A stretch of DNA of 64,000 nt, taken from the NCBI RefSeq assembly GCF_009914755.1, contig NC_060930.1; one strand, given 5' to 3'. The stretch comes from the human T2T-CHM13v2.0 reference genome, Homo sapiens. The notes beneath the pieces are model-generated. The model made no database searches, was not told where the DNA came from, and was given only the letters and a program-made list of their open reading frames with translations. The translations under genes and the position numbers were made by a program. The number at the start of each line of letters is the position of its first letter. The stretch's first letter is position 1. This document shows positions 19,334 to 33,786 of the stretch, piece after piece.

Positions 19334-20119
19334 ACCCAACAGAAAGAACCTCATTGTGCTGCTATGAAAAGCAGCTGGCCCCACTTCCCTCTGATAATAC
19401 ACCACCTTCTCAACTGGTGAGTGATCAAGAGAAATCCATTATGTGCACAAAGTGCTCACTAGCTGACCTGGATCTAAAACCATGACAACCTGGCAGATAA
19501 GATGCAGTCAGAGATATATTTGTGAAATAAATCCCTTTTTGAAAGGGCGTCAGCAAATTCTGCTACCTCTGTCTAACCTTTCAGCAACTGATGTAGATAG
19601 TATCAGCCTATGGGCTCTTCTAGGTCTCAATTCTTTATCTGTAAAATTAAGAGATTGGGCTACGCACATTTTACGGCCCTTTTTAGTTCTAACATCCCAT
19701 CAGCTTGTGATTTTACAGAAAATACTGTAGCGCCAAAAGAATGGATGACCAAAGAACAAGGGATGACAGCAGACATTTGAAGGTGGCCCCTGCATGTTGC
19801 TTGATGGCATTGGATCATTGAGGGGACAAGGTTGCACTCAAAGATGACCTCTCATTTGTAAATGTGTCTTATCATCTTGCAAGCAAATTAAGCCAGTGTT
19901 ATCTTTGCTCTAACCTATCTGCAAATTATGCACAGCATGTTGGGTCTGCCCCACATTAAACACACTGCAGGACTCTCAAGTAGATGAAGGCAGACATGCA
20001 GCTTCAGCAGACCATGATGGTGAGGCAGTGGATAAGAGAAATGATTGAAGGTCATGAGAGGGAGGAGAGCATGACAGGGATGGGAAGCGAGGACATCAGG
20101 GCACAGAAAGCCCTAGTCA

Positions 20120-20509
<390 letters not shown>

Positions 20510-21148
20510 TCAGTAGATTTATGGAGGAATGGAGCTAGAGATGTATAGTGAAAGAGTCTAAAAATATAATGTAGGGAAAGGCATTTTGGCCAGTTAAATA
20601 TTGTTCGGAATCCTGGCTCTGCCGCTGAATATCCTGTATATTCCTGGACTTGTTAAATAATGTATTTTCCTCATCAGCAAATTGGAAATAATGCTATCTC
20701 TTACATACAGTAGTTGTGGAAATTAAATGAGATAATGCATGTCAAGTGCTGAAGATACTTATTGGTGCACAGTAGACATTCAAAAATGATATATTAGTTG
20801 TCATTATTCCTAGTACTGTTATTCTTGTTAGCTGAATAATGAGAACAAATATTGAAATTCCCCAGAATGGTTGTTTGTGAACAAGTAGAGAGAAAAACGA
20901 TTACATCAGGCACCAAGATTAAAGGAAGTGTCTTCGAGGTTAGTAGATGATGACAGTGAGGGCAGAGGAAGGGTGGGTGTGGTTGAGCAAAGTTGGCGAA
21001 GTTCTTGAAAGTCAAGTTAGTGCCCGCCGAACTCTTGGCTCTGAGCCAGACAAGACTGGAGAAGAAGCCCTTTCTGCTTGAGGGCATCAGAGAAAATGTT
21101 TCATCTTTAGTAGAAAATCAAATCTCAATTAAGGCAGCACTTTCCTGA

Positions 21149-21391
<243 letters not shown>

Positions 21392-21666
21392 TGAACTCCT
21401 GAGCTCAAGTGATCTGCTGCCTTGGCCTCCCAAAGTGCTGGGATTGCAGGTGTGGGTCAATGGACCCAGGCTCTGAAGATGTTTTTTTCTTTTTAGAGAT
21501 GGAGTCTCGCTTTGTTTTCCAGGCTGGTCTCAAACTCTAGGCCTCAGGTGATCCTGCCACCTCGGCCTCCCAAAATGCTGGTGTGAACCACCCTGCCCAG
21601 CCCAAAGATGCTTTTGGTCTGATCTATCTGGGGAATGCTGAGCCTCTCCCTCCTCGGAATTTGTAA

Positions 21667-22042
<376 letters not shown>

Positions 22043-22319
22043 TTGTTTTATTATATGAAGTTACAATCCTGTGTCACAAGATGGGAGGGCAGAGGGAGGA
22101 TTTTGAGGAAAGCTTAATGACCGAATGGTGTTTACTGTCAAGAGTCCCAGAGGAAAGGGAGAGAAGGGATTAATGTGGCTAAGTGAGAAACAAGATAGGC
22201 CAGAGACAAGTGAGGTTAAAACTGCATGAAGGGATTGAGCAAGTGGAAGCAATGACCAACGTGCTGGTGCTCATGAACCGCAGAGGGAAGAAAGGGAGCA
22301 ACTAGGAATTTTGAAATTA

Positions 22320-22623
<304 letters not shown>

Positions 22624-22756
22624 TTAGGAATAAGAGTGAGGGAAATGGGCAACTTGGGCCAGTAGCAGAGCTGTTTTGAACATGGGAAATTTACCCACAG
22701 TTGCTTTATAGTCCTTCAGACATTTAGAATTTTAAATTTTTTTAATTTAAATTTAA

Positions 22757-22897
<141 letters not shown>

Positions 22898-22955
22898 TAA
22901 ATTTTCAAAACAGTAATCTGTCCTTGAGTGTGAACTAGATTGTACTGACAATCTG

Positions 22956-23317
22956 AATAGATATTTCAACTAATGGTTAAAAAACAAACAAAACACCCAA
23001 AACACATCTTAGAATGATTCTCATGTCTTCCAAATAAAAATACTTTAAAATGTTGTCAATACTTTTACCTATTTAGCTTATGCCTTTGGTTATAGAAAAT
23101 ATAGAATCAATGATAATGAATTAATAAGAAAATAAAAATAGATATTTCAACTAATGGTTAAAAAACAAACAAAACACCCAAAACACATCTTAGAATGATT
23201 CTCATGTCTTCCAAATAAAAATACTTTAAAATTTTGTCAATACTTTTACCTATTTAGCTTATGCCTTTGGTTATAGAAAATATAGAATCAATGATAATGA
23301 ATTAATAAGAAAATAAA
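22956..23317. repeat. Direct tandem duplication, 2 x 181 bp, one mismatch
   Basis: Unit 1 22956-23136, unit 2 23137-23317; the only difference seen is G23052 vs T23233. Confidence 0.95.
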
Positions 23318-23373
23318 AAATATATTCCATCTTTAATATACTGATGGTTCAGTTTTATTTCTAAATTGTCTGA

Positions 23374-23792
<419 letters not shown>

Positions 23793-24065
23793 TAACGTGC
23801 AGTTTTAAAGTATTATCCTTGATGAAATTAAATTGTTACCAATTTTCCAACCTGCATGATTCATTAACTCTGCACTAATGAATTATACTGCCTGACTTAT
23901 TCCCAGGAAGCTCTAGATGTTGCTCATCAATCTATGGATAATTGTTGTTTGTGGTTTTTAAGCTCCATTGCATTTTTATCTATATAGATGGAGAATTAAG
24001 TCTTGATGTGACAAAGTTGAAAAATAATAAAACCAAAGTTCAGAAAACTCTAAACAATAGTTTTA

Positions 24066-24902
24066 TTTATTTATTTTAATAATATTCATTTATTTATTTT
24101 ATTTATTTTTAAAATTATACTTCAAGTCCTGGGATACATGTGCAGAACATGCAGGTTTGTTACACAGGCATACACATGCCATGGTGATTTGCTGCACCCA
24201 TCAACCCATCATCTACATTAGGTATTTCTCCTAATGCCATCCCTCCCACCCCACCCCCTGACAGGCCCTGGTGTGTGATGTTCCTCTCCCTGTACCCATA
24301 TGTTCTCATTGTTCAACTACCATTTATGAGTGAGAACATGCAGTGTTTGGTTTTCTGTTCCTGTGTTAGTTTGCTGAGAATGATCATTTCTAGCTTCATC
24401 CATGTCCCTGCAAAGGATAAGAACTCCTTTTTTTATGGCTGCATAGTATTCCATGATGTATATGTGCCACATTTTCTTTATCCAGTCTAACATTGATGGG
24501 CATTTGGGTTGGTTCCAAGTCTTTGCTATTGTGAATAGTGCTGCAATAAACCTATGTGTGCACGTGTCTTTATAGTAGAATGATTTATAATCCTTTGGGT
24601 ATAAAGGATTGGGAAAAGCATAGTATCTGGGCTGGATAGCACCGTCCCTCACGGCATAGTCCCTCATGGCTTCCCTTGGCTACGGGAGAGAGTTCCCCGA
24701 CCCCCTTGCACTTCCCGGGTAAGGCAACGCCCCCCACCTGCTTCTGCTCGCCCTCCATGGGCTGCATCCACTGTCTAACCAGTACCAGTGAGATGAACCA
24801 GGTACCTCAGTTGGAAATGCAGAAATCACTCGCCTTCTGCATTGGTCTTGCTGGGAGCTGCAGACCAGAGCTGTTCCTATTCGGCCATCTTGCCCGGGAA
24901 TC
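24066..24902 (-). mobile_element. Internally deleted primate L1 (L1PA7/8-like): 5'UTR first ~290 nt joined to ORF2 C-terminus, 3'UTR and tail
   Basis: 24610-24902 is the L1 5' end (CAAGATGGCCGAATAGGAACAGCTC, AACTGAGGTACC). 24100-24602 is the ORF2p C-terminus (YPKDYKSFYYKDTCT...IAKTWNQPKCPS...WHIY) plus 3'UTR. Both parts have the same orientation. Confidence 0.92.
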
Positions 24903-25199
<297 letters not shown>

Positions 25200-26159
25200 T
25201 AAACAATAGTTTTAAAAACCTCTAGGACCTGTAGTTTGTTTTTTGTTTAGAGATGAGGTCTTGCTATGTTGCCCATGCTGGTCTGGAACTCCTGTACTCA
25301 AGGGATCCTCTTGCCTCAGAATATCGTGGACTAAAGGTGTGAGGCACCATGCCAAGCCCTGTGGTTTATTTACACTGTAGGCTGTAATAGTTTAGCTTTC
25401 CAGGCAGTGACTATGTCTTAGAATTAAAGATAAAGACAGTTGCTTGAGATGCCTTAGAGAGGGCTGCAGTTCAATGGGAGAAAATGCCAGAATTATTTTT
25501 CTGTGAGAATATTTCAGGTTACAGTCTAGATTAGACAAATAGCATCTTTAAGGTTTTGTCAACAATAGATATTCAGGGGAAATAAAACCTTCAGAATCAG
25601 GGCTAAAAATCTAAAAATTCTGTCCTAGAGAAGGGCAAACTTGAAGATTTTTACTTCACTTTTCCTGCTAGTTTAGCTAAAGAAATATGAAAATGGGCTG
25701 GGCATGGTGGCTAATGCCTGTTATCCCAGTGCTTTGGGAGGCCAAAGTGGGTGGATTATTGAGCCCAGGATTTTGGGACCAGCCTGGGCAACATAGCGTA
25801 GACCTTGTCTCTACAAAAAATATTTAAAAATGGCCAGGACTAGTGGCTCATGCCTATAATCCCAGAACTTTGGGAGGTTGAGGCAAGTGGATAGCTTGAG
25901 CCCAGGAGTTCCAGACCAGCCCAGGCAACATAGTGAGACCTCATCTGTATCAAAAGAAGGTAAAAGAAATACAAAAACAAGTCTTAACAACTAAGCAAAG
26001 AAATAAGTACCTTGACTTGTTCTCACTTGTTCTATAAGAGTTACACTGGCACAAGCTCATCTAATGATGTAGTTGCTTTGAAATCTCTACTTCCTTTTTT
26101 ACTTCTTTTTGCTGAACAAAAATATTTAATGAACAGGCTTGGATTAATAAGTTTGGTGA

Positions 26160-26485
<326 letters not shown>

Positions 26486-26597
26486 TAGGGCTGGTCTCGA
26501 ACTCCTGACCTCAGGTGATCTGCCCACCTCAACCTCCCAAAGTGCTGGGATTACAGGTGTGAACCACCACACCTGGCCCTTGTTTGATTCCTTTTAG

Positions 26598-26951
<354 letters not shown>

Positions 26952-27099
26952 TGACCCACTCGCCTCCAACTCCCTAAGTGCTGGGAGCCACTGTGCCTGG
27001 CCAAGTTCGTATTATGATTCATTTTATAAATGGGAAACTTAAAGACACAGCTGGCAAATGTCAAAGCTGGACTTTGAACTAAGATCTAACACCAAAACC

Positions 27100-28550
27100 A
27101 TGCTTGATGCATAGTAGGGCCAGTGATTTATTTTTTTTTTTAATATTAGGTAATAGCAAGTAATATGCCCAGAGACATGATGGGCTGACAAAGTATTGAG
27201 GGGTCTTGTTCTTACTGTCCCTTCTATGCCCCAGTGCTCAACTTCCCCTTAACCCATTCCTTATCCTTCCCCACCACCATTCCACCCCCAATAAAGTCAC
27301 CCAAGACAGGAAAAATTGTTAACTATTTTCAGAATACTTTGGTAAAGTTGAGGAAGGGGAAGGAAACAAAGTCTTCCAGAGCAGAGGGGGAAAATCCCTC
27401 TTTTGATGAAACATCCTGTGTAGCAACTGTGAAGCCTGGATTTCCCCAGGATGAGGTTAGAGTAGCAGGCTGCTGCTTGTCACATGGCCTCAGTTCAAAG
27501 TCACACCTGTGGGGGCCTCCCGTAAAATTTACCTATATATGGCCCTCCACAAAGCCACAAACACAGAACTCAAAATGGCATTCACCACTTCTGAGATGCT
27601 GAACAGGAAGGAATAGCACTGTTTTTACAAATTAAGTGCACAGTATATGTCACAAGGAGGAAATAAACCCTATGAGTTTGAACTTGCACATCCTCTCAAT
27701 ACTGAAAGATTAATTTTGGTGGCTGAGGTTAATAATACGGTTATTCGTGTTTGGATATGAATGTAACTCGACCGATTGGGAAAGCAGGTGCTAGATTGAT
27801 GTACCATGCCTGAGACCCATGAGTCATTGTCACTGATTTACAAGCTGGCCTTGCCATGAAAATGGAAGCCAGAGCCAACTCTATGTCATACAATTTATGC
27901 CATTCACTAAAATTATAGATAATTTCAGCCTGTGCATTTGCAAAACAGTCTATGCCATTTTTGCTTTAAACATCTTTTGTACTTGGTCTCTCTGACTTGT
28001 CTAAATAAGTATTATCATTCATAATAACCATTACCAATCCATTATGCAACATCATGAAAATATATACAGCTTTTAGATTTAATCCATGAAATAAAGCCTA
28101 TGACTTCTGCTTGCATCTTTGATAAACGGCCAAGTTCTCACAGCTGTTATGATTTCAATTATGAAGAAAATTGGAACTTTTGCATTCTTCAGTGGCTAAA
28201 AATCACTCAGAAAAAAACACTTGTTCACATAAGCTATTTTTTTCCCTCGTGTGTATCATGAGCCTTGGGTCTGATTAGTGTAGTTGATTAAAGCAATGTG
28301 CCAAAAGGCAAAGGGCCCTTGTTAAAGCCCAAGGAAGGTCAGTTAGATTAACTTCCCAAGTTTACTGAAAATCTGTTCTATTAGTAGTCTTCAGCCAAAT
28401 TAGGCAAGGGAGTACAAACAGATCAGTACAAATCCAGTCTTTAATGCTAGCAAAATGTAGCTCAAACCACAGTTAACATTGATACAAGGTCAATAATGTC
28501 ATCTTCCCATACAGAGACAGATGACACACATGCAGAAGCATCTTAGAAAC
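27100..28550. promoter_or_regulatory. Candidate intronic enhancer (Alu-free island with motif cluster)
   Basis: NF-kB GGAAAATCCC 27389-27398, reverse CCAAT ~27776, E-box CAGGTG ~27785, AP-1 TGAGTCA 27820-27826, RUNX-like AACCACA ~28465. Confidence 0.35.
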
Positions 28551-31500
28551 ACCTGCTCTCCTCCGCCTTTTTTTTTTTTTTTTTTTTTTTAGATGGAGAG
28601 TCCCTCTGTCGCCCAGGCTGGAGTACAGTAGTGAAATCCCAGCTCACTGCAACCTGGGCCTCCTGGGTTCAAGTGGTTCTCCTGCCTCAGCCTCCCCAGT
28701 AGCTGGGATTACAGTCATGTGCCACGACGCCCAGATAGTTTTTATATTTTTAGTAGAGACAGGGTTTCACCATGTTGGCCAGGCTGGTCTCAAACTACCT
28801 GCCTCGGCCTTATTTACAGGTTTTGTCTCCTCATATACAACCAATCTCAACATAGAGAACTCCCTAACTCTGATCCAGGTAGGCTCTCCCTCATCAAGAG
28901 ATTAAGAGTTCTGAAGTTAAATGAACTACAAAATGAACTACAGTTTATAATCCATTGCCTCACATCCAAAGTGCTTCCTCTCCCTTTCTTTTTATCCCCC
29001 TCTCCCTTCAACTACTATTCTCTGAAGCTTTTCAGTTCTCTCAAATCTTAATTTTATTTTTTTCCTCCACAAGAACAAACTTGGTAAATAACCAAGATTG
29101 TTCGTGGTTTCAGGCTCCTCTTTTTAATCATTTTTCTCATGTCAGTAATGAGAGCTCCTGAGTTAATATTATGCTTTCCCAAACCTGGAATCCTCGTCTT
29201 TTTTGCAGAAGAAGAATCAAGCGTATTGTACGAAATCTCAAGCATATTTATCCTTAACAAGGTCAGAGTCAGAAACCTTAATCCAAAACCATAAACCTCC
29301 TGCAGAAAAAATCTCTGGAATTCAACTCTCTCTCGTCTATTCTTTATTCCTACTGATACCACTTTTGTGATTGAAACATGAAACAGATCCTCATCTCCTG
29401 AAGATGATATATAGAAATTGTTTTAAATGCCTTGTGAAAACCCTTAATAACCCGAATTCTGTTTCCCAGTTGAGCTATATTTTCCTTGCTCCAAATTTAC
29501 CATGTCATTCCAGGCCTCCAGGCCTTTGGTTATTTGTCCCATCTGTCTGGGCTTCTCTTCCCCGCCCTTCCTTACCTTACTAACTTACTCATCCTTCACT
29601 TCTTAGCTTAGATTTCTCTTCTGCTGAGAAGCCTTCACTGGCCCCTACATCGTCAGCTATGGGAACCCTCTTATGTGTAGTCTCTATCTCCCCCTCTTCT
29701 AGCACTTGTCACAGTGTGTTGTAACTGCGTGGTTGCTTGGATTTTCCCCCTGTCCTGGAAACACAGCCTAGGGTGCTTACTGCCAAGCTTATGATAGAAA
29801 CTCTCAATAAACACCAGCTGAGAGAATAAACCAAGGCTTTGCTGTGTGCTGGGAGAGGATTCAGCATTCTGGTATCCGTAACCCTGTTACATAGGTGGTC
29901 ACTACCTGAAAGGTCTGCTTTCATGCTGGTGTCAGATTTGCTTGTTTTAAAAATAACTCAGGGCTGCTGATACATGCAATTCTAAGCCAAGAAGAGAACC
30001 GTAATGGTCATCAATTTCTTTCTTTCTTTTTTGTTACCACCAAGTTAATGCATTTAACGTTTTCTAATCTACAAAGACCTATAACCTCTGCTCCCCACGT
30101 TACTTAACTAGAGAGCTACCTATCTGCTACTCATCAAACCCAGCCAGAGATGCCAAGTTCCTGAATTTTTTTTCTCACATAGAAATCTAGATGAATCCCC
30201 TGAAATGGTCATTTTAAAATCAAGTCAAAAGGAAAACAACAGGAAATACTCACTAGAGTAAAAGAGAAAAGTGAATCGAGGACAGACTTGTGTATTTACA
30301 ACTCTCAAGGCCAATGAACATTGGAAAAGCAAACTAAAATGATAGATAGCAAGCTGTGGAATTTGGCTTGACCTTAAAGAGGGTTTTAATATGCTCTTAT
30401 ATCACTGTCTGCTACTCAAGGTCGATAAGAAAAGCGTGGTTTTCTTACGGAACAGAGCTGAGTCACTTATATAATACCAGTGCATTTCAGTTGATTGTGA
30501 TGATTTTTTCAAGAGATGATGTCACACAAATTGAGTTTTGCTTGAATCTTGCCTAAAAATAGTTTGATTTATTTACTAGGTCAAAAAGACAAGGGGATCT
30601 AACATCAATGACAAGTAAAAATAGAAAGATTTATTTATCCTGAACACTATGGACAAATGTGTGTCTCAGCACATTTAGGTGTTTATCCAAGGCTCTTTGT
30701 GTAAGTAGAATGAACCAGAAGCAATTTACTATATGTGAATAAGAAATATCAAGGTGATATTAATGGTTTGTATTTCCCTTTTCTGTAGAAGATTTGTAAG
30801 AAGAGTCTTTTCAGGTCCCCAAAGGTAAACTTTAGGATTAAATTATATGGTTTTAAGAAATTATCACTAAATCTTTCCCCCATTTTTTTTAACCCTTAAA
30901 CATTTTTGTTTGAAACAGGGTCTCACTCTGTTGTTCAGGCTGCAGTGCAGTGGCAAGATCATGGCTCACTGCAGACTTGACCTCCTGGGCTCAAGCTGTC
31001 CTGCCTCAGCCTCTCAGGTAGCTGGGACTATAGGTGTGCACTACTATACACGGCTAATTTATTTCATCGTATTTTTTGTAGAGACAGGGTCTCACTATGT
31101 TGCCCAGGCTAGTTTTGGGTTCCTGGGCTCAAGCAATCATCCTGCCTTGGGCTCCCAAAGTTCTGGGATTACAGGTGTGAGCCATTGCACCCAGCCCTTA
31201 GAATCTTCATATTTTTGTTTAATTTGTTCTTTGTAGAGTAGTTTTCACTACAGGGATGTTACTTGGTAAATTAAATTCTATCATTTCAATTAACAACCCA
31301 AGAAAAATATATGTATAATGATAAACTTTGAGGAAAAAGAGAAATAACTGCAAAAAAAATGAATTGGCATGCAGTTAAACTTTGCTTATCCCTTAAATTT
31401 TGTTCCTGCTTATAGATTTTTAGTAGTTCATACAAAGTCTTCTTTTAAAATTTTAAAAGTCTCAAAACTACTAAAACAGGATATTATTTTAGTGGAAAAT

Positions 31501-31859
31501 AGCCATATGGTTTCTGGGAAGGATTTTACTAAAGGAATAAATTTAATTAGAAGCAGGAAAGATTTGGTTACATACAACAAAAGCCAACAAAATATGCTCA
31601 ACCCCAAGGGTAAGTGTAACTGCTGGCTAGAGATTTCCAGGAGAGGACAGGGAGTAGTTTTCCTAGAATATTTTATGTCCTAAATAGCCTGGATGAAGTC
31701 CCTTATTCCCTTCCAGACTCATCACTGGGAACGCGGCACACTGGTGGGCTATGATTCCCTGGAGAGCTTATGAAATAAAAATCAAGTGAGCTACGAGTGC
31801 AGCCAGAAACTTGCTTTACCCACAAGTCCTGACCCTGAAACTTAATTTTTGTGACTTGA

Positions 31860-32079
<220 letters not shown>

Positions 32080-33364
32080 TGACCCAGGCTGGTCTTGAAC
32101 TTCTGGGCTCAAGCGATCCTCCCACCTCTGTCTCCCAAAGTGTTGCGATAACAGGCGTGAGCCACCATGCCCAGCTAAATTATGTTTCTAAATACAGCAG
32201 AACTATGTACTTCGTGATAGGTAAAGCTATTGTTTGGTTGATTCTTAGAGAAGAGAAAGGGAGTCCATGCTATCTCTTTCCACACTCTAAATCCTGAGAT
32301 ATAAATCTTTAGATTCTTGATCCTCACCCCTGGAAGAGAGGTCAGCAGTGACTCGAACAGGGGTGACCTCCTGGCTCTAGGAGCCCCAGGAAACAGGATT
32401 GGAAACATGGAAGTACTCCTGGAGGAGAAGGATTTAGCTTCCTGGTTATCAGGCTCTCTGGCTGCTCACACAATGTGCGCGTTGCACAGACAGTAAGCCA
32501 GTTATAATCGAACTCTTTCACATGAAATTCTTCTCTTGGGAACAAGGGCTTGATCAGGATCTTTTTGGGAGAGTGTGCTGATTTTAGCTTTCAGCTAACG
32601 TAGACATTCTCTCTCTGTTAGCACAAGAAACAAATCTGGTTCATTTTTGTAAATTTAACAACCGAGACTCAGATTTAAAAAAAAATTGATTGCGCCACTG
32701 CTCTCCAGCCTGGGCAACAGAGTGAGATTCCACCTCAAAAAAAAAAAAAAAAAAAAAAAAAGCCGCAGACAGGATTGTAAGGTAATTTAAATCTACATAG
32801 AAATAATTCATCTAAGTTTATTTAGTCTGATCATTTGTTTTACGTGCTTTCTCAAGGATAACATGGTTGAAAATTTAGTGAAAAATAAGGACTATTGTGG
32901 GTGATAAGCTTAGGAATCACCAGACACCTCTCTCCAGAGACCATAATACATCATGCCAAGAGCAAAAAACTGGGAGAAATGAGCAATTTGAAGTACTGTT
33001 ATTTTAATCCCCATAAGCCTATATAAAATTTTTTTTGATATAAATTAAAAGAAACCAGAAATCTATAAAGCCATCTGGCTGATTTAAGTATATTTTTTAT
33101 AGCATCTTTTTAAGAAAGATCAGAAAAACTCAAGACAATATAAAAGTATGTCAGTATGGAAACTATTCCTAGCTGATCATTTTACTTCCAAGCCTTCTGG
33201 GCTTCAAAGGGACAGCTCAACAATTTTGAGAAGAAATATAAAAGTAACAACACACCTTCTTGAGCCTAACAGATGGAGTAAGACATTTGAAATGCTGAAC
33301 AAGAGACATGGGTCAGAATCCATCCCAGAATTGTATGAAGCCAGCTTAATTAAAAGTGCTTTCT

Positions 33365-33786
33365 AGGCTGAAGCAGAGCATCACTTGAGCTCAGGAGTTC
33401 GTCTTTTGTTTTTCTTTTTTTTTTTTTCTTTTTGTGGAGAACGGGGTCTCGCTATATTGCCCAGGCAGGTCTCGAACTCCTGGGCTCAAGCTATCGTCTC
33501 GCCTCTTGCCTCCCTGAGAGCTGGGATTACAGACATGAGCCACCGCGCCCAGCTGAGCTCAGGAGTTCGAAACCAGACTGAGCAACAGCGAGACCTTGTC
33601 TCTACTAAAATTTAAAAAAGAAAAAAAACAATTAGCTGGGCATGGTGGTGAAAGCCTGTAGTCCCAGCTACTTGGAGGGCTGAGGATTGCTTGAGCCCAG
33701 GAAATCGAGGCTGCAGTGAGCCCTGATTGTGCCACTGCACTCCAGCCTGGGCAACAGAGTGAGACCTTGTCTCAAAAAAATAAAAA
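33365..33786 (+). mobile_element. 5'-truncated AluJ-type element, host of the BC200 retrocopy
   Basis: Left-arm remnant AGGCTGAAGCAGAGCATCACTTGAGCTCAGGAGTTCG resumes after the insert as AAACCAGACTGAGCAAC..., followed by an AluJ-like right arm and A tail. Confidence 0.85.
33402..33553 (-). pseudogene. BC200 (BCYRN1) retrocopy: Alu domain plus A-rich domain up to CAAAAGAC, no 3' unique domain
   Basis: Minus strand carries the BC200-specific diagnostics CCAGCTCTCAGGGAGG, GATAGCTTGAG, GAGACCTGCCTGGGCAATATAGCGAG, CCCCGTTCTCCA and ends ...AAAAACAAAAGAC. Flanked by TSD TGAGCTCAGGAGTTCG (33386-33401 and 33554-33569). Confidence 0.9.

Noticed and set aside
24589-24610. Interpretation of the mini-L1 as a spliced L1 (SpIRE) or twin-priming inversion
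   Set aside because: The junction is not at the 5'UTR donor (which is retained), has filler bases instead of a clean exon-exon join, and both large segments have the same orientation.
24317-24667. 116-aa ORF with L1 ORF2p C-terminal similarity fused to 5'UTR-derived residues
   Set aside because: Fragment created by the L1 internal deletion; non-ATG start, frameshifted near the end, and no EN/RT domains.
27532-27542. CCTATATATGG as an SRF CArG box
   Set aside because: Seven A/T bases between CC and GG rather than six; not canonical.
27234-27602. 122-aa ORF in unique sequence
   Set aside because: Non-ATG start, no recognisable homology or splice context; length compatible with chance.
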